The position numbers were made by a program, and so were the translations under genes. Under the pieces are notes generated by a model, which had not been told where the DNA came from, ran no database searches, and worked only from the letters and a program-made list of their open reading frames with translations. From positions 1 through 51,861 of the forward strand of contig CAYPQZ010000009.1 of NCBI GenBank assembly GCA_964413015.1: a stretch of 51,861 bases of DNA. Reading direction: 5' to 3'. The stretch is from an uncultured Candidatus Saccharibacteria bacterium. Lineage in GTDB: Bacteria; Patescibacteriota; Minisyncoccia; Portnoybacterales; UBA2143. Shown piece after piece: positions 37,252 through 46,260 of the stretch. Numbering within the stretch: the first letter of the stretch is position 1; each line of letters opens with the position of its first letter.

Positions 37252-38997
37252 TTATCCCACCACCTTATTGTAACACTTCTCACAATAAACTATCTCTGGT
37301 CTGTCTGGAGCATAGGTTGTTTGAAAGGTATTGGTACATCCTTTATGCATACATTCTCTGGTATAGAGCTCCATGGGGTTTCTTTGTTTAATTCTTTCTC
37401 TATGACGGCAATCAGGGCAGAGTCGGGGTAAGGGCAAGTTCATCTTTTTATAGAATTCATATTCTTGAGGGATTATTCTGAAAACACCCGAACCAGCACA
37501 AGTGTTAGACCCTGGGGGATTAACATTGGCGCATTCTATTACTTCCTCTAAGATAGATTCGTTTACATCTTCTATGTTATCTGGGAGCTCTTTGGCTTTA
37601 AGAGTGGGTTGATACTCTGGTTTAGGTCTGTCATACCATTGATATCCTTGCTCAAGGGCTTGTTCCTTGGTTAAGGGAAAGTATTCGTTAGCGACGGTCT
37701 CATTGTAGGCAAAGGGAGATAATTCAACCGGGAAGAATTCACCATATTTATACACCCTGCCTTTTTTGTCTGTATAAGGCATCTCATTCATATGCTTCTT
37801 GATTTTAGGAATCAGGGCTTCATATTCTTCTTTAGCGTATTGCTTGTTAAGAATGCAATAGGATTTGTTCCTTAGGCCAACGCAACCAAAAAGGTTATGC
37901 GAGTTAAACGAAACTGCGCTGTATTCCACATCATAGAGACCAGCATCGAGATTTTTCAAATCTTTAGGCAAATTGAACCAGCAAAAATTACTTTTATAAC
38001 CTCCGCTTTCTTCAATTTCATAACACAGTTCTCCTCCGGCCACAGTAATATCATAACACTCCTTGCTTGGAAAAAAGAGAATCTTTTGACAATAAGACGA
38101 ATCTTCTAAATTTCTACAAATAAAGCAATTTTTGATATTCTTGCAATTTCTGAGATAATCGCCAGATACATTAACATTTTTGCTGCCATGGATATATTTA
38201 TTCGGGAATTTCAAATAGAACTTATTTAACTTTTTCTTCAAAGCAACAACTTTTCGATAAGAACCAACATCAAATTCTTTTAATCTCTTTTCATATCCTT
38301 CTTTGGTGTATGGCTGATTGAAAATATGGTACTTTTTGTGACGAAGATTAACACAGGCAAAACAATTCTGGCAATTAACCAAATTTTTAGAAAACCAAAC
38401 ATTGGAACATTCTCTGCATTCAGACGAAAAAAACGTTTGATAGCATTCCCCGCAAGAGATAAGGTCGTAACAAAGTTCTGAATCGTTTACTGCGATCAAA
38501 TCATAACTATCCCGGCATTTATTAACATCTAGTCCATAAGCGCAATCCTCAGAAAATCCTGTGTTAAACATAAGGTAACAGTTACTTATATAAGACGCAT
38601 TATTTGAATAAGGACTATTCACCGCATTCAGAACCGCAATATGACCCAGCCCAACTTGATGCATAAGCTCCTCAAACTGTTTAAAAAATGGTTTTTTAAA
38701 ATCATAATCTTTTCCATGCTTTATCGCGTCAATTTCAGAATTTCTCCGCCCTTCAGCTTTGTAAACTCTAAACGGCGAGTCAGGTCTAATTGAAGAAAAA
38801 ACTTCGCCTTTAATCCCTTCTACTTTTCTTTTGTATAGAACGCGGCCAACCCGAAACGTTAATCTCCTTTGTGCACGGCAGACAGGACAAAAAGTAGGAG
38901 CCGGAACTCCTACTTTTTTATAGAACTCAAGGTCTTTTGGTTCTATGATGAACTTGCTTTTACAATTTTGACAAACTTTAGTATTTGATTCGGGCAT
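37252..38997 (-). CDS. Large Cys-rich protein with zinc-ribbon termini and Cys-repeat core
   Basis: CQNC/CPVC at the N-terminus, many x-x-C repeats (SCGECYQTFFSSECRECSNVWFSKNLVNCQNCFACVNL), CPDC and YCEKCY at the C-terminus. Confidence 0.85.
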   Translation of the reverse strand: MPESNTKVCQNCKSKFIIEPKDLEFYKKVGVPAPTFCPVCRAQRRLTFRVGRVLYKRKVEGIKGEVFSSIRPDSPFRVYKAEGRRNSEIDAIKHGKDYDFKKPFFKQFEELMHQVGLGHIAVLNAVNSPYSNNASYISNCYLMFNTGFSEDCAYGLDVNKCRDSYDLIAVNDSELCYDLISCGECYQTFFSSECRECSNVWFSKNLVNCQNCFACVNLRHKKYHIFNQPYTKEGYEKRLKEFDVGSYRKVVALKKKLNKFYLKFPNKYIHGSKNVNVSGDYLRNCKNIKNCFICRNLEDSSYCQKILFFPSKECYDITVAGGELCYEIEESGGYKSNFCWFNLPKDLKNLDAGLYDVEYSAVSFNSHNLFGCVGLRNKSYCILNKQYAKEEYEALIPKIKKHMNEMPYTDKKGRVYKYGEFFPVELSPFAYNETVANEYFPLTKEQALEQGYQWYDRPKPEYQPTLKAKELPDNIEDVNESILEEVIECANVNPPGSNTCAGSGVFRIIPQEYEFYKKMNLPLPRLCPDCRHRERIKQRNPMELYTRECMHKGCTNTFQTTYAPDRPEIVYCEKCYNKVVG

Positions 38998-39005
38998 AAT
39001 TCGAC

Positions 39006-39018
39006 AAGGACAGTTCTT
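39006..39018. repeat. Single REP-like core
   Basis: AAGGACAGTTCTT followed by AAATT. Confidence 0.6.
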
Positions 39019-39021
39019 AAA

Positions 39022-40752
39022 TTAATTTTTACCAATCGCTTCGTCTAGGGTTTTTCTTAAACCCTTAAGATCAACTTCTTTTCTTTGTCTTCTAAATGGG
39101 ACAGGTTCTTTTTTTACAGCATCTTTCAAAGAGACCGAAGACTGAGGGACAGCTTTTTTAGTTTTAACAACTTTCCTTGGCCTCCCTTTATTTGAATCAA
39201 ACTCTATTCCCAAAGCCCCTAATTCAGCTTGCTGTTCTGGTTTTTCTTTTGGCTGTTCTAAAAACTGCTCAGTTTTTGGTTTAAAATCCAAAGACAAGCT
39301 TTCGCCCTTTCTAGCTTTTTCAAAACATTCCTTGCAATAAACCGGACGGCGGCCGTCCGGCTCAAAACTAACCTCGGTTTCTTTGCCGCAGCTCCAGCAA
39401 ATCGTTTTGTTCTTTTTCAAGGATATCTGGTCACTTCTTTGAATGTTTGCTTTCTCTTCATTTTCGTTCAAGCCTACTCCGCTCCATTTAGATATTCTCT
39501 CTTCAACCTGTTCCCGCGAACTGGCATATCTTTCTCTAGAAACATTAATAATTTTCTCTCTTTGGTCAGTGGACCCAATATCCATGGGAGGTAAAGTAAC
39601 GGCTGAAAAAGGACGCGAACTGACTCCGTCAATCATCATTTTTAAATAAACATTGTAATTGTCCAAATTAACCAGATCACGAATCGTAAACTCCGGAAAG
39701 AACTCTTTTTCTAAAAACTCCGCATCAGCCGCGCCCACTCTGAAAGAAATCAAAGTGCCAACATTGCCAAAGACTGAGTCTCTAACCACAGTGCTGACAT
39801 CGGTAACTAACTGGCCAACATATTGATGGGCAATAATTAAGTTGAGGCGGTATTTTCTGGCTTCGGATAAAACGCTAGCAAAAGAATCCGTAGCAAAGTT
39901 TTGGAACTCGTCAACGTAAAGATAGAAATCTCTTCGCTCGCTTTCCGGGATCCTGACTCTTTCCATAGCTGCCAACTGAATTTTAGTAATTAACATAGCC
40001 CCTAAAAGGTTTGCGTTATCCTCGCCCACTCTACCCTTAGATACGTTAACCAGCAAAATCTTATTAGTATTCATTATTTCCGAGATATTAATGGTGCTTT
40101 TGGACTGACCAACAATATTCCGGATTAAAGAAGTTGAGAGGAACTGGCCGACTTTGTTCTGAATCGGCGCGATGGCTTCGTTCCTGAACTGTTCCCGCCA
40201 ACTAGCATATTCATTAATCCAAAAAGACCTGATCACCGGATCTTTAACATTATCCACAATCTTCTGCCGGTAATCTTTATCAACTAAAATCCGGTTAACT
40301 CCTAAAAGAGTCGTCCCGGGAGTATCCAATAGGGCTAAAATACAATTATTCAAAATATACTCCATCCGCGCTGACCAGACATTGGCCCACATTTTGGTAA
40401 AAATACCCATTAAATCTGAAGCAACTAGATGCTTATATTTATCATCAGCAACCTGCAGGACATTAAAACCAATCGGATATTCGGTATCAGCCGGATTAAA
40501 ATAGACCACGTCGTTAACTCGACTTGAAGGAATTTTATCAACTACTTCCTCAACAAATTCGCCATGTGGGTCAACAATACATACCCCTTGGCCATTGTTG
40601 ATGTCCTGCAAAGCCATGTTTTTCAAAAGGACAGTCTTACCGGTTCCGCTTTTTCCAATAACATAAGTGTGTTGGCGTCGGTCAAGCCGCTTAATGCCAA
40701 AAGTTTTTTCCTGGCCTCTGAAATTAGTTTTCGCAAAAATAGTAATGTCCAT
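39022..40752 (-). CDS. VirD4/TraG/HerA-like P-loop ATPase with CxxC-x17-CxxC zinc ribbon (copy 1)
   Basis: GKSGTGKT, VDPHGE, LYVDEFQNF, SEARKYRL; CWSCG...PVYCKEC. Confidence 0.87.
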   Translation of the reverse strand: MDITIFAKTNFRGQEKTFGIKRLDRRQHTYVIGKSGTGKTVLLKNMALQDINNGQGVCIVDPHGEFVEEVVDKIPSSRVNDVVYFNPADTEYPIGFNVLQVADDKYKHLVASDLMGIFTKMWANVWSARMEYILNNCILALLDTPGTTLLGVNRILVDKDYRQKIVDNVKDPVIRSFWINEYASWREQFRNEAIAPIQNKVGQFLSTSLIRNIVGQSKSTINISEIMNTNKILLVNVSKGRVGEDNANLLGAMLITKIQLAAMERVRIPESERRDFYLYVDEFQNFATDSFASVLSEARKYRLNLIIAHQYVGQLVTDVSTVVRDSVFGNVGTLISFRVGAADAEFLEKEFFPEFTIRDLVNLDNYNVYLKMMIDGVSSRPFSAVTLPPMDIGSTDQREKIINVSRERYASSREQVEERISKWSGVGLNENEEKANIQRSDQISLKKNKTICWSCGKETEVSFEPDGRRPVYCKECFEKARKGESLSLDFKPKTEQFLEQPKEKPEQQAELGALGIEFDSNKGRPRKVVKTKKAVPQSSVSLKDAVKKEPVPFRRQRKEVDLKGLRKTLDEAIGKN

Positions 40753-40756
40753 GAAC

Positions 40757-40783
40757 TAGTATTTAGTATTTAGTATTTAGTAT
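40757..40783. repeat. Heptamer tandem repeat (TAGTATT)x3.9
   Basis: tagtatttagtatttagtatttagtat. Confidence 0.8.
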
Positions 40784-40786
40784 CAC

Positions 40787-40870
40787 AATGACGTTCCTTA
40801 AAATCATGCTCCTTGGGACAAGGACAAAATTTTGAAGACTATCCTTGTCAAAATTTAAGGAACGCCCTTT
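40787..40870. repeat. Degenerate REP-like cluster
   Basis: AATGACGTTCCTTAAAAT...ATTTTGAAGACTATCCTT-GTCAAAATTTAAGGAACGCCCTT. Confidence 0.65.
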
Positions 40871-42249
40871 TATTTAAGAGGCAAGTCGGCGGGAGGCTCG
40901 CCTTTTCTGGCTTCTACTTTAGGCGTCAAGGGAGATTTCACGGTAATAGTCGGGAAGTGATAAATCGTGGCTAATTCTTCTACATTAAAGATAAAAGGTT
41001 TGCTCTTTGCAAAAAACCATCTAAAAACCGGTAAACGCTCGTAAATAAGGTTTTTGAGGTAATCATTGGCTTTCGAATGCTGGGTAAAAATTCTTTTCCG
41101 GTAATTGGCAAAAACCTTTTTCTTACGATACTGTTCTCTTAATTCTTTAAACTCAATCCGATAATCAATTCCCGGTTCCACATCACCATTGCGTTTAAAA
41201 CCATTCAGTCCTTGAGTATTCAACTGTTTATAAGCTCCGTAAACCGCTCTTTTGACATAGCCAGAACGAAAAATATCTTTTTTAGCTATGTAGATAAATC
41301 GAATGATAGTCTCATAGCCAACCTTGGAAACATTTCTTTCAATGGCGTAAACTGCCTCTTGCTCTGATTTAGTGGTGGTCCATAAAAAAGGTTGGTCTGT
41401 TTTTCTACCCTCTTCACCAGTGTCTATCCCAGACACCTTGCCGGTAATCGCGCTTTGAAACACATCCTGACCGGCGTCTTTCCAGCCAACAGCCTCTTTT
41501 TCTATCAATCCTTTTTTTCTTTCCTTTATCCGGCCAATCAGTTTGTTCTTTAATTCCTCGACTTCTTTTTTCCAACTGTCAAAAACCGGCCGAATTAATA
41601 TTTGAATCCAGACCTGCTCGCCTTGTTGAAGTTTGCTCATCACTTCCAGCAAAGAAGCTACCGGGTCAATTCGCTGTTCGTCAACAGCAGCGTCTTTTTC
41701 AAATTCAACATAAGTCCGAATCGGATAAGCGTCGTCTTCCATTAGCATAAGTTCTGTGCCAAAAACATCATATTCTTTATTAGGAATATCCAAAGGGAAA
41801 GAATCAACATAGTCGTCTACCTGGGTAATTTCCGATTCTGGATACTGAGCGTAAATATTAGATTCAATCAAATCGCGATATTTCGACGGCGTTCTAATAA
41901 GGAAATGAATTACTCCATTTTGACTTATCGTCTCCATGCTAAATAATTCCGGAGTAACCCCCTCTATATGGTTATCCCACCAGTTAGGTAATCCGTGAAC
42001 GCCATGCAAACTGGCAAAAAACTGTTCCATAGCTTTGGGAGTTTTTTGGATATCGCGCGGCGGAATCACTTCTAAAAGAATCCATTCGGCTTTTTGAACG
42101 TTTTTATTCCTAACATATTTTAACCATAAATCCCTGGCCAGAATATAAAGGAACCAGGGAATCCAAATCCACCAGAGAGACAATAAAATCCCCCCTATGT
42201 AATAAAGGCCAGTCAGAATAACAAAAATAATGTCTAAAAAAAGAGACAT
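40870..42249 (-). CDS. Membrane-anchored conserved hypothetical protein, likely partner of the downstream ATPases
   Basis: N-terminal TM; LLE..PP...K.P.AMEQ, IYAQYP..EI, YPIRTY, WIQILIRP, EELATIYHFP. Confidence 0.78.
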   Translation of the reverse strand: MSLFLDIIFVILTGLYYIGGILLSLWWIWIPWFLYILARDLWLKYVRNKNVQKAEWILLEVIPPRDIQKTPKAMEQFFASLHGVHGLPNWWDNHIEGVTPELFSMETISQNGVIHFLIRTPSKYRDLIESNIYAQYPESEITQVDDYVDSFPLDIPNKEYDVFGTELMLMEDDAYPIRTYVEFEKDAAVDEQRIDPVASLLEVMSKLQQGEQVWIQILIRPVFDSWKKEVEELKNKLIGRIKERKKGLIEKEAVGWKDAGQDVFQSAITGKVSGIDTGEEGRKTDQPFLWTTTKSEQEAVYAIERNVSKVGYETIIRFIYIAKKDIFRSGYVKRAVYGAYKQLNTQGLNGFKRNGDVEPGIDYRIEFKELREQYRKKKVFANYRKRIFTQHSKANDYLKNLIYERLPVFRWFFAKSKPFIFNVEELATIYHFPTITVKSPLTPKVEARKGEPPADLPLK

Positions 42250-42266
42250 CTGACCTGATAATTAAT

Positions 42267-43292
42267 TTAAACAGCTAAGATATATTTTCCTTGTTTGTCT
42301 CTGTTAAAGTATTTGCGATTTTGAAGATTTATTAAAATAGTGCTTTTTTTGACTAAACGGTCCTTCAAAACCTTCTCTAGGATATCTTCTTTGGTTAAGG
42401 GGCCGCTTTCTTTTAACAGCTGGGTGATAACTTGGCGAACCGTACCTGCCTGATACCCCCAGTCCTTTAAAGCGTAAGTGCCCCGTCCGACTAAAACAAA
42501 ACGGTCGTCTTTAATAAGTTCATTATGAACTGTCTGTGCTTGAGCCAAAATAGAACTCAAATTGCTCTGATTGATTAAATCGGTAATTTCCCTGAAATGC
42601 AAAGGGCGATTTTGTCCTTTAAGAATGATATAGGCCTTGTCTCTAGCGCCCCGAGGATTTATTTCCGGCCATTTACTTAGACCGAAATATCCGGAAAAAT
42701 TTCGGTCAACTTGCTTAGTCACGTCTAAATAAGAAAACAGAGCTTTTCTAGATAAATTAATATTTTCTTTTTTAAGCAAATCGGAAAGACATTTAAAAGG
42801 AACCAAAGATTCTTCACCTTCCAACAAATTAACCAAACGGTTAATTGCCTGGTCAGCTTGTTTTAAAGCGTCCAGCGAATTGGTCCAGAGTGAATAAAAT
42901 TTATCCGATTCAACAAAATGCTGGTAGGGCTTGCCCAAAGTTAAGATTAAAAAAAGCGCCCCCCGAGACGGATGAGAATCTTCGAACCCCGTCAAAACGG
43001 AAAGCATCCTGTTTTCTCTAACTAACCGCCCTTCGGAATTTAAAAAATTATCAACTAAGCAAAAAGCCGGTTTGAACAGTTTAAAAGATTCAGGACTTCT
43101 GAAATCAGAAAAAGCGGCCTCCTCTATCTGACGAACCCGCTCTCTGGTAATTCCGTATTTCTGGCCAATCGCTTCTAAAGTTTGACGCTGGCCGTCTGCT
43201 AATCCAAAACGAGAACTAATAATATCCTTAGTTCTTTGATTAGAGACTTTTTTAAGAATCTCCGAAGCTAATTTGGCATAATCCAATTTCAT
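42267..43292 (-). CDS. Sigma-70 region-4 HTH plus HARE-HTH-like winged-helix protein
   Basis: RFGL....QTLEAIGQKYGITRERVRQIE; PLHFREI...TVHNELIKDDRFVLVGRGTYAL..W; no sigma region 2. Confidence 0.75.
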   Translation of the reverse strand: MKLDYAKLASEILKKVSNQRTKDIISSRFGLADGQRQTLEAIGQKYGITRERVRQIEEAAFSDFRSPESFKLFKPAFCLVDNFLNSEGRLVRENRMLSVLTGFEDSHPSRGALFLILTLGKPYQHFVESDKFYSLWTNSLDALKQADQAINRLVNLLEGEESLVPFKCLSDLLKKENINLSRKALFSYLDVTKQVDRNFSGYFGLSKWPEINPRGARDKAYIILKGQNRPLHFREITDLINQSNLSSILAQAQTVHNELIKDDRFVLVGRGTYALKDWGYQAGTVRQVITQLLKESGPLTKEDILEKVLKDRLVKKSTILINLQNRKYFNRDKQGKYILAV

Positions 43293-43298
43293 ATTAAG

Positions 43299-43327
43299 AA
43301 TTTAACATATTATTTTATAAACGTCAA
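43299..43327 (-). promoter_or_regulatory. Leaderless-type promoter
   Basis: TTGACG-N17-TAAATT (extended TG)-N6-ATG(43292). Confidence 0.6.
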
Positions 43328-43351
43328 CCCCGTAAAAATTTTCCCTACGGA

Positions 43352-44227
43352 TTAACCTTTTCCCCGCCAAATAGTCACTAAAGAAACAGTAAGAAATATA
43401 GAAGAATATGTCCCGATAATTATACCGACCCCCAAAGCCAGAGAAAAATACTTAATGCTTTGGCCTCCCATAAAAAATATCGCCGAAAGAACAAACAAAG
43501 TTGTCAAGGCGGTATTTAAACAACGGGTAATGCTTTGTCTGACGCTTAAGTCGATAACTTCTTTGAAATCAGTCCAGCTCGTTTTCAAAATATTCTCGCG
43601 GACCCGGTCAAAAATAACGATGCTGTTGTTAACCGAATAGCCTAAAATAGTTAGGAAAGCGGCCACAAAAGGTAGACCGATTTCTATTTGTCTAAAGTGG
43701 CAGAAAAAAGAAAAGAATCCCAAGGTGATGAAAATGTCATGGAATAAGGCAATAATAGCAACTAAACCATACTGCCAAGAAGCTACCGGACGGGAAATTT
43801 TTCGAAAGGTCCAGGCAATATATAGAATAATAGCTGCTAAAGCCAGTAGAATTGCCCAAAGAGCTTTGGCTTTCAATTCTTTGCCAATTAAAGGACCGAT
43901 TGATTCAAATCTGTTTTCGGTAATTTTATCCAAACCGATTTTCTCTAAAATCATCTGGTGAGTTTCTTCGCCGATATCCTTTAATCGCAGAATCATTCCC
44001 CGCTCGCCGGTCGACTGAAGACTAATCTGACCTAATTCTAGTTCAGCCAGCCGGTCTTGTATTTCCTGGTTACTAAGCCGTTCTTCCAAGAATTCTATTT
44101 CCATTAAAGTTCCGCCGGTGAAATCAATCCCCAACGGCAATCCATAAAATAGCAAGCTAAACAAGCTTCCTAAAAACAGAATAATTGAAATAGAAAAATA
44201 AATTTTACGGTATTTTATAATCTGCAT
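43352..44227 (-). CDS. secF: Protein translocase subunit SecF (start corrected to ATG 44227)
   Basis: LGIDFTGGT, IGP..G.EL, ALFHD, LTILGYSVN..IVIFDRVRE, GTYSSIF. Confidence 0.96.
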   Translation of the reverse strand: MQIIKYRKIYFSISIILFLGSLFSLLFYGLPLGIDFTGGTLMEIEFLEERLSNQEIQDRLAELELGQISLQSTGERGMILRLKDIGEETHQMILEKIGLDKITENRFESIGPLIGKELKAKALWAILLALAAIILYIAWTFRKISRPVASWQYGLVAIIALFHDIFITLGFFSFFCHFRQIEIGLPFVAAFLTILGYSVNNSIVIFDRVRENILKTSWTDFKEVIDLSVRQSITRCLNTALTTLFVLSAIFFMGGQSIKYFSLALGVGIIIGTYSSIFLTVSLVTIWRGKG

Positions 44228-44228
44228 T

Positions 44229-45668
44229 TTAGTACCATAATCTTTTCCAGTTTTCTGTCCGGCCATTAACGAACCACCTCAAAAAGCTTCTGGTGATAAT
44301 AATGGCGCTGAACATGCTAATTAACACGCCAATTCCCAAAGTTAAAGCGAATCCTTTTACTAGCCCGGTAGCAAAGATAAATAAAATCAGACAAGTAACA
44401 ATGGTTGAAATGTTGCCGTCGCGAATGGCCGGCCAGGCTCTTTGAAAGCCCTCCTCAACGCTTCCCCCCAAACTCTTGCCTGATTTAAATTCTTCTTTAA
44501 ACCTTTCAAAAATAAGCACGTTGGCGTCAATCGCCATGCCGATTGACAGAATGAACCCAGCGATTCCTGATAAAGTTAAGGTAACCGGAATTAGTTTAAA
44601 AATGGCTAAAACTAAGGCAATATAAATAATTAAGGCCAAGCTGGCCAACAGTCCCGGTAATCGGTAATAAACAATTATGAATAGTAAAACGGCAATTAGT
44701 CCCCAAAAACCGGCTTTCAATGACTTATTCAGAGAATCCTGTCCCAAACTGGCTCCGATTGTCTGCTGGTTAATCAGATTTATCGGCACCGGCAAGGCTC
44801 CGGCATTAAGGCGCTGAACTAATTCCCTGGCTTCTTCCACACTAAAGTCTCCGGTGATTTGAGCCTTGCCTCCGGTAATCGCTTCCTGGACCACCGGCGC
44901 GCTAATAGCCATGCCATCCAAATAAATGGCGATTCTTTTATTGACATTCTTTTTGGTTAAATCTTCAAAAATCTTACTGCCCTCGTCGTCAAATTCCAAA
45001 CTTACCTGCGACTGGTAAGTCTGTTGGTCAAACTGCAATTCGGCGCCTTTCAGATAACGACCGGTCAAAGAAGTCGGAGTGAAAAAAGGGTCTTCAAGAA
45101 GCTCGATTTCTTCTTCAGAAGTAATTGGTAATCCTTGATTTATTTTATCTTTAATTTCGTTCTGTTTTATCAGAATGCTGTCCGTTTCACCCTCGCTTTT
45201 CTCTTCGCGAAAATCCAATGAAGGAGTCTGTCCAATCATTTGGATTGCCTGACTTACATTTTTAACTCCGGCTAATTCAACAATTAGCCGATAGTGAGAG
45301 CCGACTTTATTAACCTGGACCACTGGCTCGGATACGCCAAAAAGGTTAATTCTTCTTTCAATAACATCACGAACCCCCTGAATTGAATCAGCGTAATCGC
45401 CGGGATCAATATTTGATAAATCCGCTTCGTAAACTAAATGGGTTCCCCCCTGTAAATCAAGCCCCAATCTGAAAGGCAATTTATAGAAATGAGGCAACAG
45501 TTCGGTTCCGGTTTTTCGGTTAATCCAATCGGCCGGCTTATCCCAAATAGCCGAATAATCCAAAAAACCGGCGCCTAAACCGATTATGAAAATAAGCAGA
45601 ATAGTCCAGCAGACCTTTCTGCTTTTAGCCCTGTTCTGTTCAACGGTTCCTCTATTGAAAATGCTCAT
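44229..45668 (-). CDS. secD: Protein translocase subunit SecD
   Basis: LGLDLQGG, GVSEP, AGALPVP, GMAIDANVLIFER.KEE, VKGFA.TL. Confidence 0.97.
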   Translation of the reverse strand: MSIFNRGTVEQNRAKSRKVCWTILLIFIIGLGAGFLDYSAIWDKPADWINRKTGTELLPHFYKLPFRLGLDLQGGTHLVYEADLSNIDPGDYADSIQGVRDVIERRINLFGVSEPVVQVNKVGSHYRLIVELAGVKNVSQAIQMIGQTPSLDFREEKSEGETDSILIKQNEIKDKINQGLPITSEEEIELLEDPFFTPTSLTGRYLKGAELQFDQQTYQSQVSLEFDDEGSKIFEDLTKKNVNKRIAIYLDGMAISAPVVQEAITGGKAQITGDFSVEEARELVQRLNAGALPVPINLINQQTIGASLGQDSLNKSLKAGFWGLIAVLLFIIVYYRLPGLLASLALIIYIALVLAIFKLIPVTLTLSGIAGFILSIGMAIDANVLIFERFKEEFKSGKSLGGSVEEGFQRAWPAIRDGNISTIVTCLILFIFATGLVKGFALTLGIGVLISMFSAIIITRSFLRWFVNGRTENWKRLWY

Positions 45669-45744
45669 TAATTTTAATTTAACTTATTTTTGTTTGTAAG
45701 TAAAGACCATATCCTAGAAAGATGAACAAGCATTAAATTAATAA

Positions 45745-45805
45745 AAGGACAGTCCTTAAAATGATGTCCCTTGAGCACAAGGGCGTCATTTTAAAGACTG
45801 TTCTT
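45745..45805. repeat. REP-like module B overlapping the stop codon of 45791-46162
   Basis: AAGGACAGTCCTTAAAATGATGTCCCTTGAGCACAAGGGCGTCATTTTAAAGACTGTTCTT. Confidence 0.9.
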
Positions 45806-46162
45806 ATCAAATGTCAAAATATGCTCTGTTTTCAATTCTTCCAAAATATCTTCGGGAATAGGAACCGGCTTGCCCTTAGGACTGATGCCGGGATAGCGCC
45901 AAGCCGAAATCATTATTTTCTTTTTTGTTTTTTGTTTATCTGCTGAAGAAGGCTGATACATTAACCAGATTTCGCTCGGTTTCTTTGTCCCGGCCGGTTT
46001 CATCAGAGCAATCGTTTTTGGAGCAACCCCGTATTCCTGACGCTGCGAGCTTTTCAGGATTCTGCGCAAAAGTCCTTCGCTCAATCCGTAATAGCGCATT
46101 TTTTCTTTAATATGACGCGTCCAATAAATTTCTTTGGTATTTTCCGGCTCTTTAAAAAACAT
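45791..46162 (-). CDS. Conserved hypothetical protein (weakly DUF4258/RelE-like)
   Basis: WTRH...KM..YGLSE, EIWLMY, ISAWRYPG. Confidence 0.7.
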   Translation of the reverse strand: MFFKEPENTKEIYWTRHIKEKMRYYGLSEGLLRRILKSSQRQEYGVAPKTIALMKPAGTKKPSEIWLMYQPSSADKQKTKKKIMISAWRYPGISPKGKPVPIPEDILEELKTEHILTFDKNSL

Positions 46163-46171
46163 GTTTTTTTC

Positions 46172-46260
46172 AAAGGCCGTGCCTTAAAATATACAACCTT
46201 CCTGTCTTGGCAGACGGTAAGGAGAGTTAAAAAGGTTGTGCATTTTAAGGCACGGCCTTT
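46172..46260. repeat. REP-like doublet variant (core AAGGCCGTGCCTT)
   Basis: AAAGGCCGTGCCTTAAAAT...ACAACCTT ... AAGGTTGT...ATTTTAAGGCACGGCCTTT; overlaps the stop codon at 46245. Confidence 0.8.

Noticed and set aside
37179-37391. 70-aa plus-strand ORF, and similarly 45761-45946 and 46081-46278
   Set aside because: They are read through the palindromic repeats and antisense to or overlapping real genes
35558-40752. Conjugative element suggested by the coupling-protein-like ATPases
   Set aside because: No relaxase, VirB components, integrase or att-like boundaries in the window
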